Notes: generated from the letters alone by a model not told the origin. A stretch of 64,000 nt of DNA from Candidatus Pacebacteria bacterium CG_4_9_14_0_2_um_filter_40_15 (GCA_002788675.1 PFRS01000008.1:70848-134847); one strand, 5' to 3'; positions 29,345 through 39,402 are shown, counted from the first letter of the stretch. Program-made: numbers and translations.

Positions 29345-29878
29345 ATGAAAAAAGGCTTATTATCTCTTGCATTCTCTCTCGTATTTTTAGGGGCTTCATT
29401 GAGTACATCTCATGATGTTTTTGCTGCTGGTTTATCTGTTACTTCGATTGGCGGAGTTTCTACTGGCGGCACGGTAACTACCTGGGCAAATGAAGGATAC
29501 AATCCACTTCTGGTGGGTACCGCCTCACCATCAGCAAGTATTTCTATTGATATCGATTCAGTTGTAGCATCAACAATGTCTGCGACTGATGGGTCATGGT
29601 CATACAAGCCAACGACACTTTCATCTGCTGGCTCGTATGAAGTTGCACTGTCTTCTGGCTCAGAAAGTGTTCTGTTTACACTCACGATTGCTCAGGCAGC
29701 TAGTGCTGCAACAACAGCGACTACTTCTGCTGCAACAACAAGTGCAGTGACAACACCAACAACACTTCCACAAACTGGTTCGGACGACATTCTGTTATTA
29801 CTAGCAGGCGGTGTGTTCCTGATGATTAGTGGTGCCTATGCAGGAGCTCACATGCTGGGGTATTTCTCAGAGAGTTGA
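29345..29878 (+). CDS. Secreted Ig-like protein with an LPxTG-type sorting signal
   Basis: Signal peptide, P.L.GTA.P...DGSWSY Ig-like domain, Thr/Ala linker, LPQTG plus TM. Confidence 0.75.
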   Translation: MKKGLLSLAFSLVFLGASLSTSHDVFAAGLSVTSIGGVSTGGTVTTWANEGYNPLLVGTASPSASISIDIDSVVASTMSATDGSWSYKPTTLSSAGSYEVALSSGSESVLFTLTIAQAASAATTATTSAATTSAVTTPTTLPQTGSDDILLLLAGGVFLMISGAYAGAHMLGYFSES

Positions 29879-29917
29879 TTTTCTTTTTCAAACTAACAGG
29901 CACAGACAACATACCGT

Positions 29918-30979
29918 ATGAGTGATTACACAGCTATTCTCGAGCAAGAAATTCAAAGTCTCAAAGACAAAATTGCGGCAGCAAATGACATGCCTCCAGA
30001 GTTACGTTCTAAAGTTGACAAAGACATTGTTGCCCTCGAAAGAAGTGTGGCTTTGGGTAGCTATGACGAAAAGTATGAAAAAGTTTCTCGGTATATTGAG
30101 TGGGTACTTAAGGTGCCATGGAATAAAGAAACAGAAGATACTCTAGATATTGAAAAAACAAAACAAATTTTTGAAAAACATCACTATGGCATGCAGGATG
30201 TAAAAGAGCGTTTTCTCGAGTATGTTTCAGTTTTGAAACTTCGCAAGCAAAACTTTGGAGATGGTGAGTTTAAAGCTCCTATCTTATTACTCGTTGGATT
30301 GGTTGGTACGGGAAAAACTACTTTTGCAATTTCACTTTCAGAAGCGCTTGGTCGTGAACTGGTCCGTATTCCTTTTGGTGGTATGGGTTCTGCAAAAGAA
30401 CTCCGTGGGGCCTCGCGTTTAGTATTGGGTGCTGAACCAGGTAAAATTATAAAAGGTGTTTGTGAAGCTGGAGTGCGTAATCCAGTAATTCTTTTAGACG
30501 AGATCGACCGTGGTAGCGAAGATGCAAATAAAGATATTATGGGTGTGCTTGTTGAGTTGCTCGACCCAAATCAGAATGTTGCGTTCCGTGATGAATTTAT
30601 CGATTACCCAATAAATCTTTCTCATGCTATTTTCTTAGCAACTGCAAATAATACTGTAGCAATTGCTACAGCTGTAATGGACCGTATGGAAAAAATTACC
30701 ATGCCTTCATACACTGACCACGAGAAAATTGTTATTGCTCAAAAGTATATTCTTCCAGGACTGCTCAAAGAAGCTGGTTTAAAACCAGACCAACTGGTTA
30801 TTGCGGATGATGTCTGGGCAAGTGTGACCAGACCTTTGGGCTATGATGCTGGTATTCGTACTTTGCAGAGAACTTTGCAAGGTGCTGTGCGTAAGGCTGC
30901 TCGTATCATTGTTGAGCGTGGGTATACAGAAGTTGTGATTAATTTAGATAATAAAAAGATTTTCCTGCCTCAATATTAA
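29918..30979 (+). CDS. Lon-like AAA+ ATPase lacking N-terminal and protease domains
   Basis: VPW, HYGMQDVKERFLEY, GLVGTGKT, NPVILLDEID, ELLDPNQN, DRME; ends after the AAA+ small domain. Confidence 0.88.
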   Translation: MSDYTAILEQEIQSLKDKIAAANDMPPELRSKVDKDIVALERSVALGSYDEKYEKVSRYIEWVLKVPWNKETEDTLDIEKTKQIFEKHHYGMQDVKERFLEYVSVLKLRKQNFGDGEFKAPILLLVGLVGTGKTTFAISLSEALGRELVRIPFGGMGSAKELRGASRLVLGAEPGKIIKGVCEAGVRNPVILLDEIDRGSEDANKDIMGVLVELLDPNQNVAFRDEFIDYPINLSHAIFLATANNTVAIATAVMDRMEKITMPSYTDHEKIVIAQKYILPGLLKEAGLKPDQLVIADDVWASVTRPLGYDAGIRTLQRTLQGAVRKAARIIVERGYTEVVINLDNKKIFLPQY

Positions 30980-31066
30980 TTTTCATTTTTCTTCATTTTG
31001 TTTGTGATTTCAACTTGGGTAGTTCACCAGATACTGATATACTTTGATGGTAAAAGAGAATATGAC

Positions 31067-31783
31067 ATGAAAAAATCTCATCAAGATACAGTACAAGTAG
31101 TATTTAATGGTAGTGTTGAAAAAAGAGCTTCAATTTTTGGTGCCGTTGAGAAATTTTTGACCCGCGAAATTGTGCCCAAAATCCCCAAGCAGATTGAAAC
31201 GTATCACTTAACACTTGCAACGCTTCCATTAAGCCTCTGTGTTTTGGTTTTTAGTTATCTCTCAAAGAGTTCAATGTATTGGCTCATTGGTGTCTGTGCA
31301 TGTATTTTATTTCAATACCTAACAGATTTATTTGATGGATCTGTTGGCAGACAGAGAAATACCGGTTTGGTAAAGTGGGGGTTTTTGATGGATCACTTTC
31401 TTGATTATATTTTTTTCATTTCTCTTGTGTTTGGGTGGTCATACTTAGTAAAGCCAGAGTATTTTACGTACATTTTTATAAGTATGGCTAGCTGGGGAGG
31501 GGCAATGATTAATTCATTTCTCTATTATGGTGCTGCTAACACCTTTAAAATTTCGTATGCCCAACTGGGGCCAACTGAATTTAGAGTCCTGCTTATTATT
31601 GCATATCTCATTGCGATTCTTTGGGGACCGTCGTTTTTTTCAACTTTTGTACCATTAATTGCCATAGGATCAGTAGTGGTTCTTATTGCTGTGGTATACA
31701 GTTCTCATAGAAGTTTGTGGGCACTAGACATGCAGCGAAAGTCGCGCCAAAGGAATCTTCAGAAGAATGATATGATAGGATAG
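31067..31783 (+). CDS. CDP-alcohol phosphatidyltransferase family protein
   Basis: DLFDGSVGR....G..MDHFLD motif; multiple TM segments. Confidence 0.88.
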   Translation: MKKSHQDTVQVVFNGSVEKRASIFGAVEKFLTREIVPKIPKQIETYHLTLATLPLSLCVLVFSYLSKSSMYWLIGVCACILFQYLTDLFDGSVGRQRNTGLVKWGFLMDHFLDYIFFISLVFGWSYLVKPEYFTYIFISMASWGGAMINSFLYYGAANTFKISYAQLGPTEFRVLLIIAYLIAILWGPSFFSTFVPLIAIGSVVVLIAVVYSSHRSLWALDMQRKSRQRNLQKNDMIG

Positions 31784-31789
31784 AGCTTG

Positions 31790-32428
31790 ATGCAGAAATT
31801 ATTACATGACGCAACAACATTGGCAAAACTCAGAGATACACTAGAAGATTCTTTTAGTGCTTTACCACTGGTTGCTTCTAAAGCTGAAGTTATACCTGGA
31901 GAGGGTCCAGAGAATGCCAAAGTCTTTTTTATAGGTGAAGCTCCTGGTCAACAAGAGACAATTGAAAGAAGACCTTTTGTAGGTCGCTCTGGTAAGTTGT
32001 TTAGAAAAACACTCGCAGAGGTTGGTATCGATGAAAAAACAGTGTATATCACCAATATTGTGAAAGCTCGGCCACCTGAGAATCGTGATCCATCAGTCGA
32101 AGAAATACTTGCGTACAAACCTTTTCTTGATAAAGAAATTGAAATACTTAAGCCACAGCTTATTGTCACGTTAGGACGATTTAGTATGGCCAAATTCTTG
32201 CCAGATGTAAAAATTTCACAAGTCCATGGCAGATTGCACAAAGTAAAGTGGAATGATGTTACACAGTATGTGTTGCCAATGTACCATCCAGCTGCTGCAC
32301 TCAGGTCAACTAAAATGAAGGAGTCTTTTGTCGAAGATTTTGGTAAAATAGACAAGATCATTGATTGGGTGGGTGAGCAGCAGCAAAACAGACAGTTCTC
32401 AGAAGAAGTTGTAGCTCATCTCTTCTAG
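31790..32428 (+). CDS. Uracil-DNA glycosylase, family 4-like (no cysteines)
   Basis: GEAPG..E...RPFVGRSG, YITNIVK.RPPENR.P, YHPAAALR. Confidence 0.92.
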   Translation: MQKLLHDATTLAKLRDTLEDSFSALPLVASKAEVIPGEGPENAKVFFIGEAPGQQETIERRPFVGRSGKLFRKTLAEVGIDEKTVYITNIVKARPPENRDPSVEEILAYKPFLDKEIEILKPQLIVTLGRFSMAKFLPDVKISQVHGRLHKVKWNDVTQYVLPMYHPAAALRSTKMKESFVEDFGKIDKIIDWVGEQQQNRQFSEEVVAHLF

Positions 32429-32443
32429 TTCTCTCAAAAAAAT

Positions 32444-33247
32444 ATGAAACTGTTATTATTCTCAATCCCTATTATTACTACCCTTGTTGGTTTTGGTATC
32501 TATCGTTTCCAAGACGGAAAACAACGTGAGCTGTTTAAATTGGATTTAGTTCAGTTTATGTACCTCTTTGTGTTGACCCCGACACTGTATGTCTGGTTAA
32601 AGTCATTTTTATTCTTTTTCTTGAGGAACGAATTAACAGTAACACTGAGCCTAACTGATATTTTTGTGATAGATACGGTATTCTCCGTTGTTGCATTTTT
32701 TACATTTGCAGCCCTGGCAATTCATTCGCTTACCAAAACCTTTTGGCTCAAGCGGCATCATGATCCAGACTTTGATCTTTTTCATTTGTCAGAATATTTT
32801 CATCTGTACTGGACGCATGTCGTCATTTGGACTGGTGGAGTGGCATTGGTTTCGTTAGTATCCTTTATAAATGTCTTTATACCAATCCAAGTTGTGCATC
32901 AGTCTTTACAGTTTTATAGTGTGCTGGGAATTGCTGCTATTACGGGATTATTCACTTTCATGGGCATTTGGGGTTCTGATCCTGGGCAGGGGAACTTCAT
33001 GCGCATTATGAAGTTAGAGTTAATGCTAGCATTTGTTGGCCATGTATTGATGTATTTTCTTTTTGACCCTAATTTTAAGATGCCATTTGGAGCGTTCTGG
33101 TTTTCACTTTTCTGTTTTCTCTTTGCTTCAGTAGCATCATTCTTCTTTGATAAGTCATCTAGAGTAGAGAAAATGCGCGGCCTCTGGTTGCATGTCGGCT
33201 GGGGTGAGAATATCCAATTATTTCCAATTCAAAAAAGAAAAAAGTAA
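32444..33247 (+). CDS. Hypothetical multi-pass membrane protein
   Basis: About 7 TM segments; HLSEYFHLYWTH His-rich motif. Confidence 0.7.
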   Translation: MKLLLFSIPIITTLVGFGIYRFQDGKQRELFKLDLVQFMYLFVLTPTLYVWLKSFLFFFLRNELTVTLSLTDIFVIDTVFSVVAFFTFAALAIHSLTKTFWLKRHHDPDFDLFHLSEYFHLYWTHVVIWTGGVALVSLVSFINVFIPIQVVHQSLQFYSVLGIAAITGLFTFMGIWGSDPGQGNFMRIMKLELMLAFVGHVLMYFLFDPNFKMPFGAFWFSLFCFLFASVASFFFDKSSRVEKMRGLWLHVGWGENIQLFPIQKRKK

Positions 33248-33277
33248 CAAGTAGTTCATACAAAGAAAGATTTAATT

Positions 33278-34936
33278 ATGAATACACTAAAAATTGTACC
33301 TCTAGGAGGTATGGGACACGTCACACAAAACATGTTCCTCTATGAATATCAGGACGAAATTATGATCGTCGACTGTGGAATTGGATTTCCTGACACACAA
33401 ATGCCAGGAGTTGATATCTTAATCCCCGATATATCTTATTTATTAAAGCGACTCGATGAAGGTGCAAAAATTGTGGGAATGATTCTGAGTCATGGTCATG
33501 ATGACCATATTGCTGCAACACCATACATTTTGCCAAATCTTCCCGAGTTTCCAATTTATGCATCCCCTCTGACAGCAGGTTTTGCTGAGCAGCGCATGAG
33601 TGATGGCAAGGTAATTAGAAGTATTACTACAATTAGCAACTCTAATGAATTCAGTATTGGTTCATTTTTTAAGGCATATTTAATTCCTGTTACTCATTCA
33701 GTTCCAGATACACGTCACATTGTGATTGATACGCCCGAAGGCATTGTGTACCACGGTAGTGACTTTAAACTTGATCAAGCTCCAGTTGATGGTATCAAGA
33801 CAGATATGCACGCAATTGAGGCTCTTAAAGACAAGCATGTCATGCTCATGTTACTCGACTGTCTTCGTGTTGAGTACGACGAGTGGGTTGAGTCTGAATC
33901 AACCGTTGGTCCAGCCATTCTAGAAATCATGGAAGCAACCAAAGGTAAACTGGTTATGACACTCATGAGTTCTCATATCCACAGAATTCAGCAAACCATA
34001 CATGCTGCCGAAAAGACTGGTCGCAAAGTGGTTTTCATTGGTCGTTCAGTTGAACAAAATGTCGAAGTCGCTCTAAGACTTGGCAAACTCACCATGCCAG
34101 ATGGTATGAAAGTTGATAAAAAACACATCGAACAGGTCGCAGATAGTGAATTATGTGTGATTGTTGCTGGAAGTCAGGGACAAGAAGGATCTTCATTAGT
34201 TCGAGCTATTTATGGCGAACACAGAATTTTACAGATTAAAGCCCACGACACAGTGGTATTCTCAGCTGATGCAATCCCTGGTAATGAGACAAACTTTTAT
34301 GCTGCTATCGACGAACTTTCTCGCAATAATGTCCACGTTGTCTATCCAGCCATCAACCATTACCTCCATCAGTCTGGTCATGCAAGTTGGCCTGAACAGA
34401 AAGCAATGGTTGAAGCGGTTCGTCCAAAATTCGTTATGCCTGTAGGCGGAGCAGATCGTCACAGAGTACTGTTTTCTCAGCATGTTTCGAAAGAACTTGG
34501 CTATAATGAGTCAACTACACTTTTACCAAATGACGGTGAGGTTCTTGGCTTTTCTGGAGGTTCATGGAAGATTGTCGATCAGTTAACCATTAAGCCACAA
34601 ATTATTGATGGTTTGGGTGTTGGTGACGTTGGTCCAACAGTTCTGTCTGACAGACGCTCACTGAGCCAAGCAGGAATTGTAGTTGTAGTTCTCCCTAGAG
34701 TTAAGTCTCAATTTGATCTTAAGCATATGCAAGTCATTTCTAAAGGATTCGTCTTTATGAAAGATGCTGAAGATGTTGTGCAGTTTATCGAGTCACAAAC
34801 AGCTAAAATTGTTTCCGATGGTGAGTACAAAAATGACGAGCAGCTGAAACGAAACATCGAAAAACGTCTATCTCGCAAGCTTTTTAAGATAATTCGTAGA
34901 GAACCACTTATCGTTCCGGTTATTCTTGATATGTAA
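33278..34936 (+). CDS. rnj: Ribonuclease J
   Basis: PLGG, DCG, HGHDDH, THSVPD, DFKLD, GSQG, IPGNE, SGHA, C-terminal PLIVPVI. Confidence 0.95.
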   Translation: MNTLKIVPLGGMGHVTQNMFLYEYQDEIMIVDCGIGFPDTQMPGVDILIPDISYLLKRLDEGAKIVGMILSHGHDDHIAATPYILPNLPEFPIYASPLTAGFAEQRMSDGKVIRSITTISNSNEFSIGSFFKAYLIPVTHSVPDTRHIVIDTPEGIVYHGSDFKLDQAPVDGIKTDMHAIEALKDKHVMLMLLDCLRVEYDEWVESESTVGPAILEIMEATKGKLVMTLMSSHIHRIQQTIHAAEKTGRKVVFIGRSVEQNVEVALRLGKLTMPDGMKVDKKHIEQVADSELCVIVAGSQGQEGSSLVRAIYGEHRILQIKAHDTVVFSADAIPGNETNFYAAIDELSRNNVHVVYPAINHYLHQSGHASWPEQKAMVEAVRPKFVMPVGGADRHRVLFSQHVSKELGYNESTTLLPNDGEVLGFSGGSWKIVDQLTIKPQIIDGLGVGDVGPTVLSDRRSLSQAGIVVVVLPRVKSQFDLKHMQVISKGFVFMKDAEDVVQFIESQTAKIVSDGEYKNDEQLKRNIEKRLSRKLFKIIRREPLIVPVILDM

Positions 34937-34950
34937 TTATCACCTCTTTG

Positions 34951-34981
34951 GTTGAAGTCGGGATTGTATCCTGGCTTCAAC
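34951..34981 (+). terminator. Stem-loop after rnj (possible terminator)
   Basis: GTTGAAGTCGGGAT-TGT-ATCCTGGCTTCAAC with G.U pairs; weak U-tail. Confidence 0.5.
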
Positions 34982-35012
34982 TTGAGGTATAGTAGAGATG
35001 TCTACAGAGTTG

Positions 35013-35041
35013 TTGACAAAAAGCAAGATATCCTATAATAT
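35013..35041 (+). promoter_or_regulatory. Putative sigma-70 promoter of ftsK
   Basis: TTGACA (35013) then TATAAT/TAATAT 15-17 nt later. Confidence 0.5.
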
Positions 35042-35071
35042 TTATATACATATGCTTCACTGATTGGTCCT

Positions 35072-37243
35072 ATGGGAAGAAAAAAGAAGAGTAAATTATT
35101 AAAACTGGCACTTAAACCTGAAACTACACATACGGTTTTGGGTACGATCTTTGTATTGATTGGTGTCTTAATTATTGTTTCATTTACTGGGCAAGGTGCC
35201 CTCATGATGCAAATCAATGAGTTTCTTAAGTTGAAAATTGGTTTTTCAGCGCTCTTTGTACCTTTCGTTTTTGTCTCTGCAGGCATGATGTTGTTTAAAG
35301 CAAAGTGGGCATGGTCTCGTCCTAATGTATTTTTAGGAGCAATGCTCATGTTACTTGGAGTGCTCGGCGCATTCAAGACTGGTGAGATTGGAGCACAGAC
35401 TTTTGCAAATGTAGCTGACCTTATTTCGCCTGTAGGCACATTTATTTTGTTTTTCACTATTGCCGTAATTGGTTTCTTTATTTTGAGCCAATTTTCACTG
35501 AATGAACTTGCTGAACTCAAAGGCATTCTTTTCCCTGAAAAAAACTCAAGTGGAGCCAAGAAAAAAGAAATCACTCCAGTTACTCCTGATGATATCGATG
35601 ATGCAAAAGGCTTTTCACTGCCTAAATTATCTTTCTTTGGAAAGAAAGACAAACCTGGATTTAGTATTAATTCAGGAAATGAAATAAGTCAGGCAGAAGA
35701 AGCTGAAGTTGGTACAGCCATTGCTTCAGATAAGCCAAATGTCTCAGATGACACAACTTCAGAAATTTCACTAACAGATTCAACACTTCAGCCGAATGCT
35801 GACACGCTTGTATGGGAATATCCTCCACTCTCACTGCTTTCAAATTCTGAAGGTGGAGAAGCTAACCGAGGCGATGTAAAGCAAAATGCTGACATTATTG
35901 AGCAAACACTAGCCTCATTTGGGATAAAAGCTGAAGTCAAGGAAGTTAACTATGGTCCAGCCGTTACACAGTATGCACTACAAATCTCTCAAGGAACCAA
36001 ACTTTCTAAAATTACGGGATTATCAACAGATTTAGCGCTTGCTCTGGCATCTCCTGGTGGACAGGTCCGTATTGAAGCTCCAATTGCGGGTAGATCGTTG
36101 GTAGGTGTTGAAGTGCCAAACTATTCAGCACAGTACGTGACTCTCAAGAAAATGCTTGGCAGTAAAGCGATGAAGAAGCACCCTTCAAAATTAGCAACAG
36201 CACTTGGCATTAATGTGGCAGGTCAGCCAGTGATTATGGACATTGCTAAGATGCCACATATTTTGATTGCAGGAGCAACAGGTTCAGGAAAATCTGTGGC
36301 TGTAAACACGTTTATTACTTCAATTTTATATCGTTCAAGCCCTAGTGAAGTGAAGTTTATTCTTGTTGATCCAAAGCGTGTTGAGTTAACAGGGTATAAC
36401 GACATTCCACATTTGCTCACGCCTGTTATTGTTGAACCTAAAAAAGTTGTTTCTGCACTTAAATGGGCAACTGATGAAATGGATCGTCGCTACAAACAGT
36501 TGGCTGAAGTAGGTGTGCGTAATATCACAGGCTTTAATGAGTTAGCCGGCTACGCAGCCATGCCAAACATTGTGATTGTGATTGATGAGTTGGCCGATAT
36601 CATGCTCTTTGCTCCTGGTGAAGTTGAAGAATCAATTACTCGTATTGCCCAGATGGCTCGTGCTGTTGGTATTCACTTAGTGCTTGCGACTCAGCGTCCT
36701 TCAGTTGACGTTATTACTGGTCTAATCAAAGCTAATATTCCTGGTCGTATTTGTTTCAACGTTTCGTCTATGACAGACTCTCGTGTGGTATTGGATAGTC
36801 CCGGTGCTGAGAAGCTCTTGGGCAAAGGTGATATGTTGTTCCAACCACCAGATCAAGCAAAGCCACTTCGTGTGCAGGGAACGTATGTTTCTGACCAAGA
36901 AATTAAGTCCTTAATTGATTTTATTAAATCTCAAGGCCAGGCTCCAAGTTATGAAGAAAATATTACAAAATATAAAGTAAACGTTGGGGGTGGTAGTGGT
37001 GTAGCAGGTTCAGCTGACGATAGAGACGAGCTTTTTGATGAAGTGGTCCACTATGTTGCTCAACAGCAAAAAGGTTCTTCTTCAATGATTCAGCGAAAGT
37101 TCTCGGTTGGTTATAATAGAGCAGCACGAATTTTAGATCAGCTCTATGCTTCTGGACTTGTTGGCCCTCAAGAGGGCAGCAAACCACGTGACGTAAATAT
37201 GCAACAAATTTCAGAATATATGACGCAAAGAAGCGCTGAATAA
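35072..37243 (+). CDS. ftsK: DNA translocase FtsK/SpoIIIE
   Basis: 4-TM N-terminus, GPAVTQY, AGATGSGKS, DPKRVEL, IDELAD, ATQRPSVDV, gamma domain QRKFSVGYNRAAR. Confidence 0.97.
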   Translation: MGRKKKSKLLKLALKPETTHTVLGTIFVLIGVLIIVSFTGQGALMMQINEFLKLKIGFSALFVPFVFVSAGMMLFKAKWAWSRPNVFLGAMLMLLGVLGAFKTGEIGAQTFANVADLISPVGTFILFFTIAVIGFFILSQFSLNELAELKGILFPEKNSSGAKKKEITPVTPDDIDDAKGFSLPKLSFFGKKDKPGFSINSGNEISQAEEAEVGTAIASDKPNVSDDTTSEISLTDSTLQPNADTLVWEYPPLSLLSNSEGGEANRGDVKQNADIIEQTLASFGIKAEVKEVNYGPAVTQYALQISQGTKLSKITGLSTDLALALASPGGQVRIEAPIAGRSLVGVEVPNYSAQYVTLKKMLGSKAMKKHPSKLATALGINVAGQPVIMDIAKMPHILIAGATGSGKSVAVNTFITSILYRSSPSEVKFILVDPKRVELTGYNDIPHLLTPVIVEPKKVVSALKWATDEMDRRYKQLAEVGVRNITGFNELAGYAAMPNIVIVIDELADIMLFAPGEVEESITRIAQMARAVGIHLVLATQRPSVDVITGLIKANIPGRICFNVSSMTDSRVVLDSPGAEKLLGKGDMLFQPPDQAKPLRVQGTYVSDQEIKSLIDFIKSQGQAPSYEENITKYKVNVGGGSGVAGSADDRDELFDEVVHYVAQQQKGSSSMIQRKFSVGYNRAARILDQLYASGLVGPQEGSKPRDVNMQQISEYMTQRSAE

Positions 37244-37263
37244 TTTCAGCAGAAAGGTGTAGT

Positions 37264-38265
37264 ATGCAAAAACAAAAAAAGATACTTTTTGTTGGTTTTA
37301 TTGCAATCCTTGTCTTGGCAGGTGCCACGACTTATTTCAAGGCTAATCGAAATCGGTGGCAGTACATGATAGAGTATGGTACGGATGCTCAAATGCTACG
37401 TGAACCAATGATGGCTGACAGTGCTGGTGGCTTTGGCGGTGGCATGATGGAAGCTGGCGTTGCTACCAGTAAAATAGCAGTTGATTCTATGCCAAGTAAT
37501 GGTGGCATGATGCCTCCCTATTACTATGGTGATGATTCAGCAGGACTCGATGCTGAGTACCGTTTATACGATAGATCAGCTAACTATGATGTGATTGTTA
37601 AGGATGTGCAAACCTACCTACGTTCGATGCGCGAGTATGTTTTGAGCATTGATGGTGTTGTACTTAATGATTCATTTAATCAAGGCGATGATTGGAAGGC
37701 AGGATCTCTTTATGTGAAGGTTCCTGTTGCTAAGTTCTCTGAAGCTAGTGATCGAGCTGTTGAAGGCGTAAAAGAAGTCTTTGGTAGTTCAAGCAATTCT
37801 GCAGATATCACAGGCTCACATGTCACAGCAACAGATAGAGTAGCAGAAGTTGAAACGATGATTGCTGACACAAAAGCATCTCTCGAGGCATCTCAAGCAC
37901 TTTTGGATCAGGCAGAAGCAGGTACAACCGAATGGAGACAGTATCGTAGTGAAGTACTTCAACTTGAAAACAGACTTTCCTCATACGAGAGACAGCTTGA
38001 GCAGTACCAGAAAAATGTTGATAGTGTTGAAGGTCAAGCAGAGTACGCATCTATCATGATTAATGCATCAGATAGCAAACGCTACTTTGATCCAAACACT
38101 GATTTGCCACTCTCTGAGCATATAAAACGAGCACTTGCTTCACTTGGTGAAAGTGGGTATCTCGTAGCTTCATTCCTTATCTGGGTTGTTGTGTACTCAG
38201 TCATTTGGCTACCAATCCTTGGGGTCTACCTTTGGCTCACTGGTAGAGGTGGTAAGAAGAAATAG
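37264..38265 (+). CDS. DUF4349-like membrane-anchored coiled-coil protein
   Basis: N-terminal TM, VKVP..F, DIT, coiled coil, YASI, C-terminal TM. Confidence 0.7.
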   Translation: MQKQKKILFVGFIAILVLAGATTYFKANRNRWQYMIEYGTDAQMLREPMMADSAGGFGGGMMEAGVATSKIAVDSMPSNGGMMPPYYYGDDSAGLDAEYRLYDRSANYDVIVKDVQTYLRSMREYVLSIDGVVLNDSFNQGDDWKAGSLYVKVPVAKFSEASDRAVEGVKEVFGSSSNSADITGSHVTATDRVAEVETMIADTKASLEASQALLDQAEAGTTEWRQYRSEVLQLENRLSSYERQLEQYQKNVDSVEGQAEYASIMINASDSKRYFDPNTDLPLSEHIKRALASLGESGYLVASFLIWVVVYSVIWLPILGVYLWLTGRGGKKK

Positions 38266-38284
38266 TAATTAGAATGGATTTTGG

Positions 38285-38316
38285 TATGGCCGCGCGCAGC
38301 GCGGCCATATTGTTTC
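38285..38316 (+). terminator. Rho-independent terminator
   Basis: TATGGCCGCGC-GCA-GCGCGGCCATA then TTGTTT. Confidence 0.75.
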
Positions 38317-38336
38317 TTCACATAGAAAAAAATTAA

Positions 38337-38732
38337 ATGAAAAAGAGAACAACAATTATTGATGCTTTTTACCACACACCAACATGGCGAAAAGTGCTGA
38401 GCGCACCATTTATTTATGGAATGGTTATTCCTTCAATTGCACTTCATTTTTTTGCTGAGGTGTATCATCAGGTATGCTTTCGACTCTATGGTCTGAAGCT
38501 TTTGAATGTTGCACATTTTATTGTGATTGATCGACACAAGCTAAGTAAACTTTCACCAATGGAAAAAATAAATTGTATGTACTGTGGGTATATTAATGGC
38601 TTGTATGCATACTTAGTTGCATTAGCACGGAGTACAGAAGAGTACTGGTGCGCCGTGAAACATGAAGTGGGTCCTGCACAAAAGTCGCAGCGACAGCAGG
38701 CTTTTTTCTTGTCGAGAGATTCATTCAAATAA
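38337..38732 (+). CDS. Hypothetical membrane protein with Cys/His motif
   Basis: IDRHKL..L...EKINCMYCGYING...EEYWCAVKH. Confidence 0.75.
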   Translation: MKKRTTIIDAFYHTPTWRKVLSAPFIYGMVIPSIALHFFAEVYHQVCFRLYGLKLLNVAHFIVIDRHKLSKLSPMEKINCMYCGYINGLYAYLVALARSTEEYWCAVKHEVGPAQKSQRQQAFFLSRDSFK

Positions 38733-38777
38733 AAAAACTGAATCAAAATGAGTACATGCTAGGATGTAGTATTGTTT

Positions 38778-39281
38778 TTATTCCTGAAAAGCTTTATTTG
38801 TATACAAAAAACCATGTCGATCAGTAACTTTAATAGGATACTTAATGGCACCGACAGTTTCTTCCCACCAATCTTGAGTTCCTTCTAATGCACCTATATT
38901 GGCAGTAAATAATAAAGAATCGTCAGCATCAATAATTCTAATGTCCGAGCTACCGAGTGTTTCTACGTTGGTATTTATTTGACGCATTATTTGGTCATTA
39001 GCACCAGTAGGATAGAGCGGTACTCTCATCCAGGTAAAAACCTCATAGAATTCTCCATAAGGGACGGGAATGAAATTTTTATCAAGTAAATTCTGTGTAG
39101 AGCCATTTTGCCAATTAATTTCCCACCTGCGTCCATCCTCATTATTGTCGTTTGATTCTAGGTTGGCTACATTTTTTAAAAATAGAATAATTGCTTTTTC
39201 TTTGTTTTCTAATTCATTCCCAAATTCATCTTCGACTGAGGTGGTGAATTGAGAAATAGGTCGTTCAGTAGTTTCGTTCAT
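38778..39281 (-). CDS. Hypothetical protein
   Basis: 167-aa ORF, AT-rich; no motif recognised. Confidence 0.6.
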   Translation of the reverse strand: MNETTERPISQFTTSVEDEFGNELENKEKAIILFLKNVANLESNDNNEDGRRWEINWQNGSTQNLLDKNFIPVPYGEFYEVFTWMRVPLYPTGANDQIMRQINTNVETLGSSDIRIIDADDSLLFTANIGALEGTQDWWEETVGAIKYPIKVTDRHGFLYTNKAFQE

Positions 39282-39353
39282 ACTAAATGCTCATTATTTC
39301 TTTAATTGTATTTTCTATAAAAAAGTATATACGATTTTTCATGTATGGAAAGG

Positions 39354-39383
39354 GAAAGACCGCGCACTGCGCGGTCTTTTTTT
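39354..39383. terminator. Probable bidirectional terminator
   Basis: GAAAGACCGCGC-ACT-GCGCGGTCTTT plus T-run. Confidence 0.7.
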
Positions 39384-39402
39384 GTGTTACTCAAATAAAA
39401 AA

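Noticed and set aside
35002-35652. 216-aa antisense ORF, and similar shadows such as 4173-4568, 12074-12592, 22168-22569 and 31948-32361
   Set aside because: Lie opposite longer or well-supported genes and have no recognisable motifs
38285-39383. Two hairpins sharing CCGCGC-NNN-GCGCGG as possible element ends or REP/attC-like sites
   Set aside because: Both sit just after gene ends with T-rich tails; ordinary terminators explain them and the shared core is short
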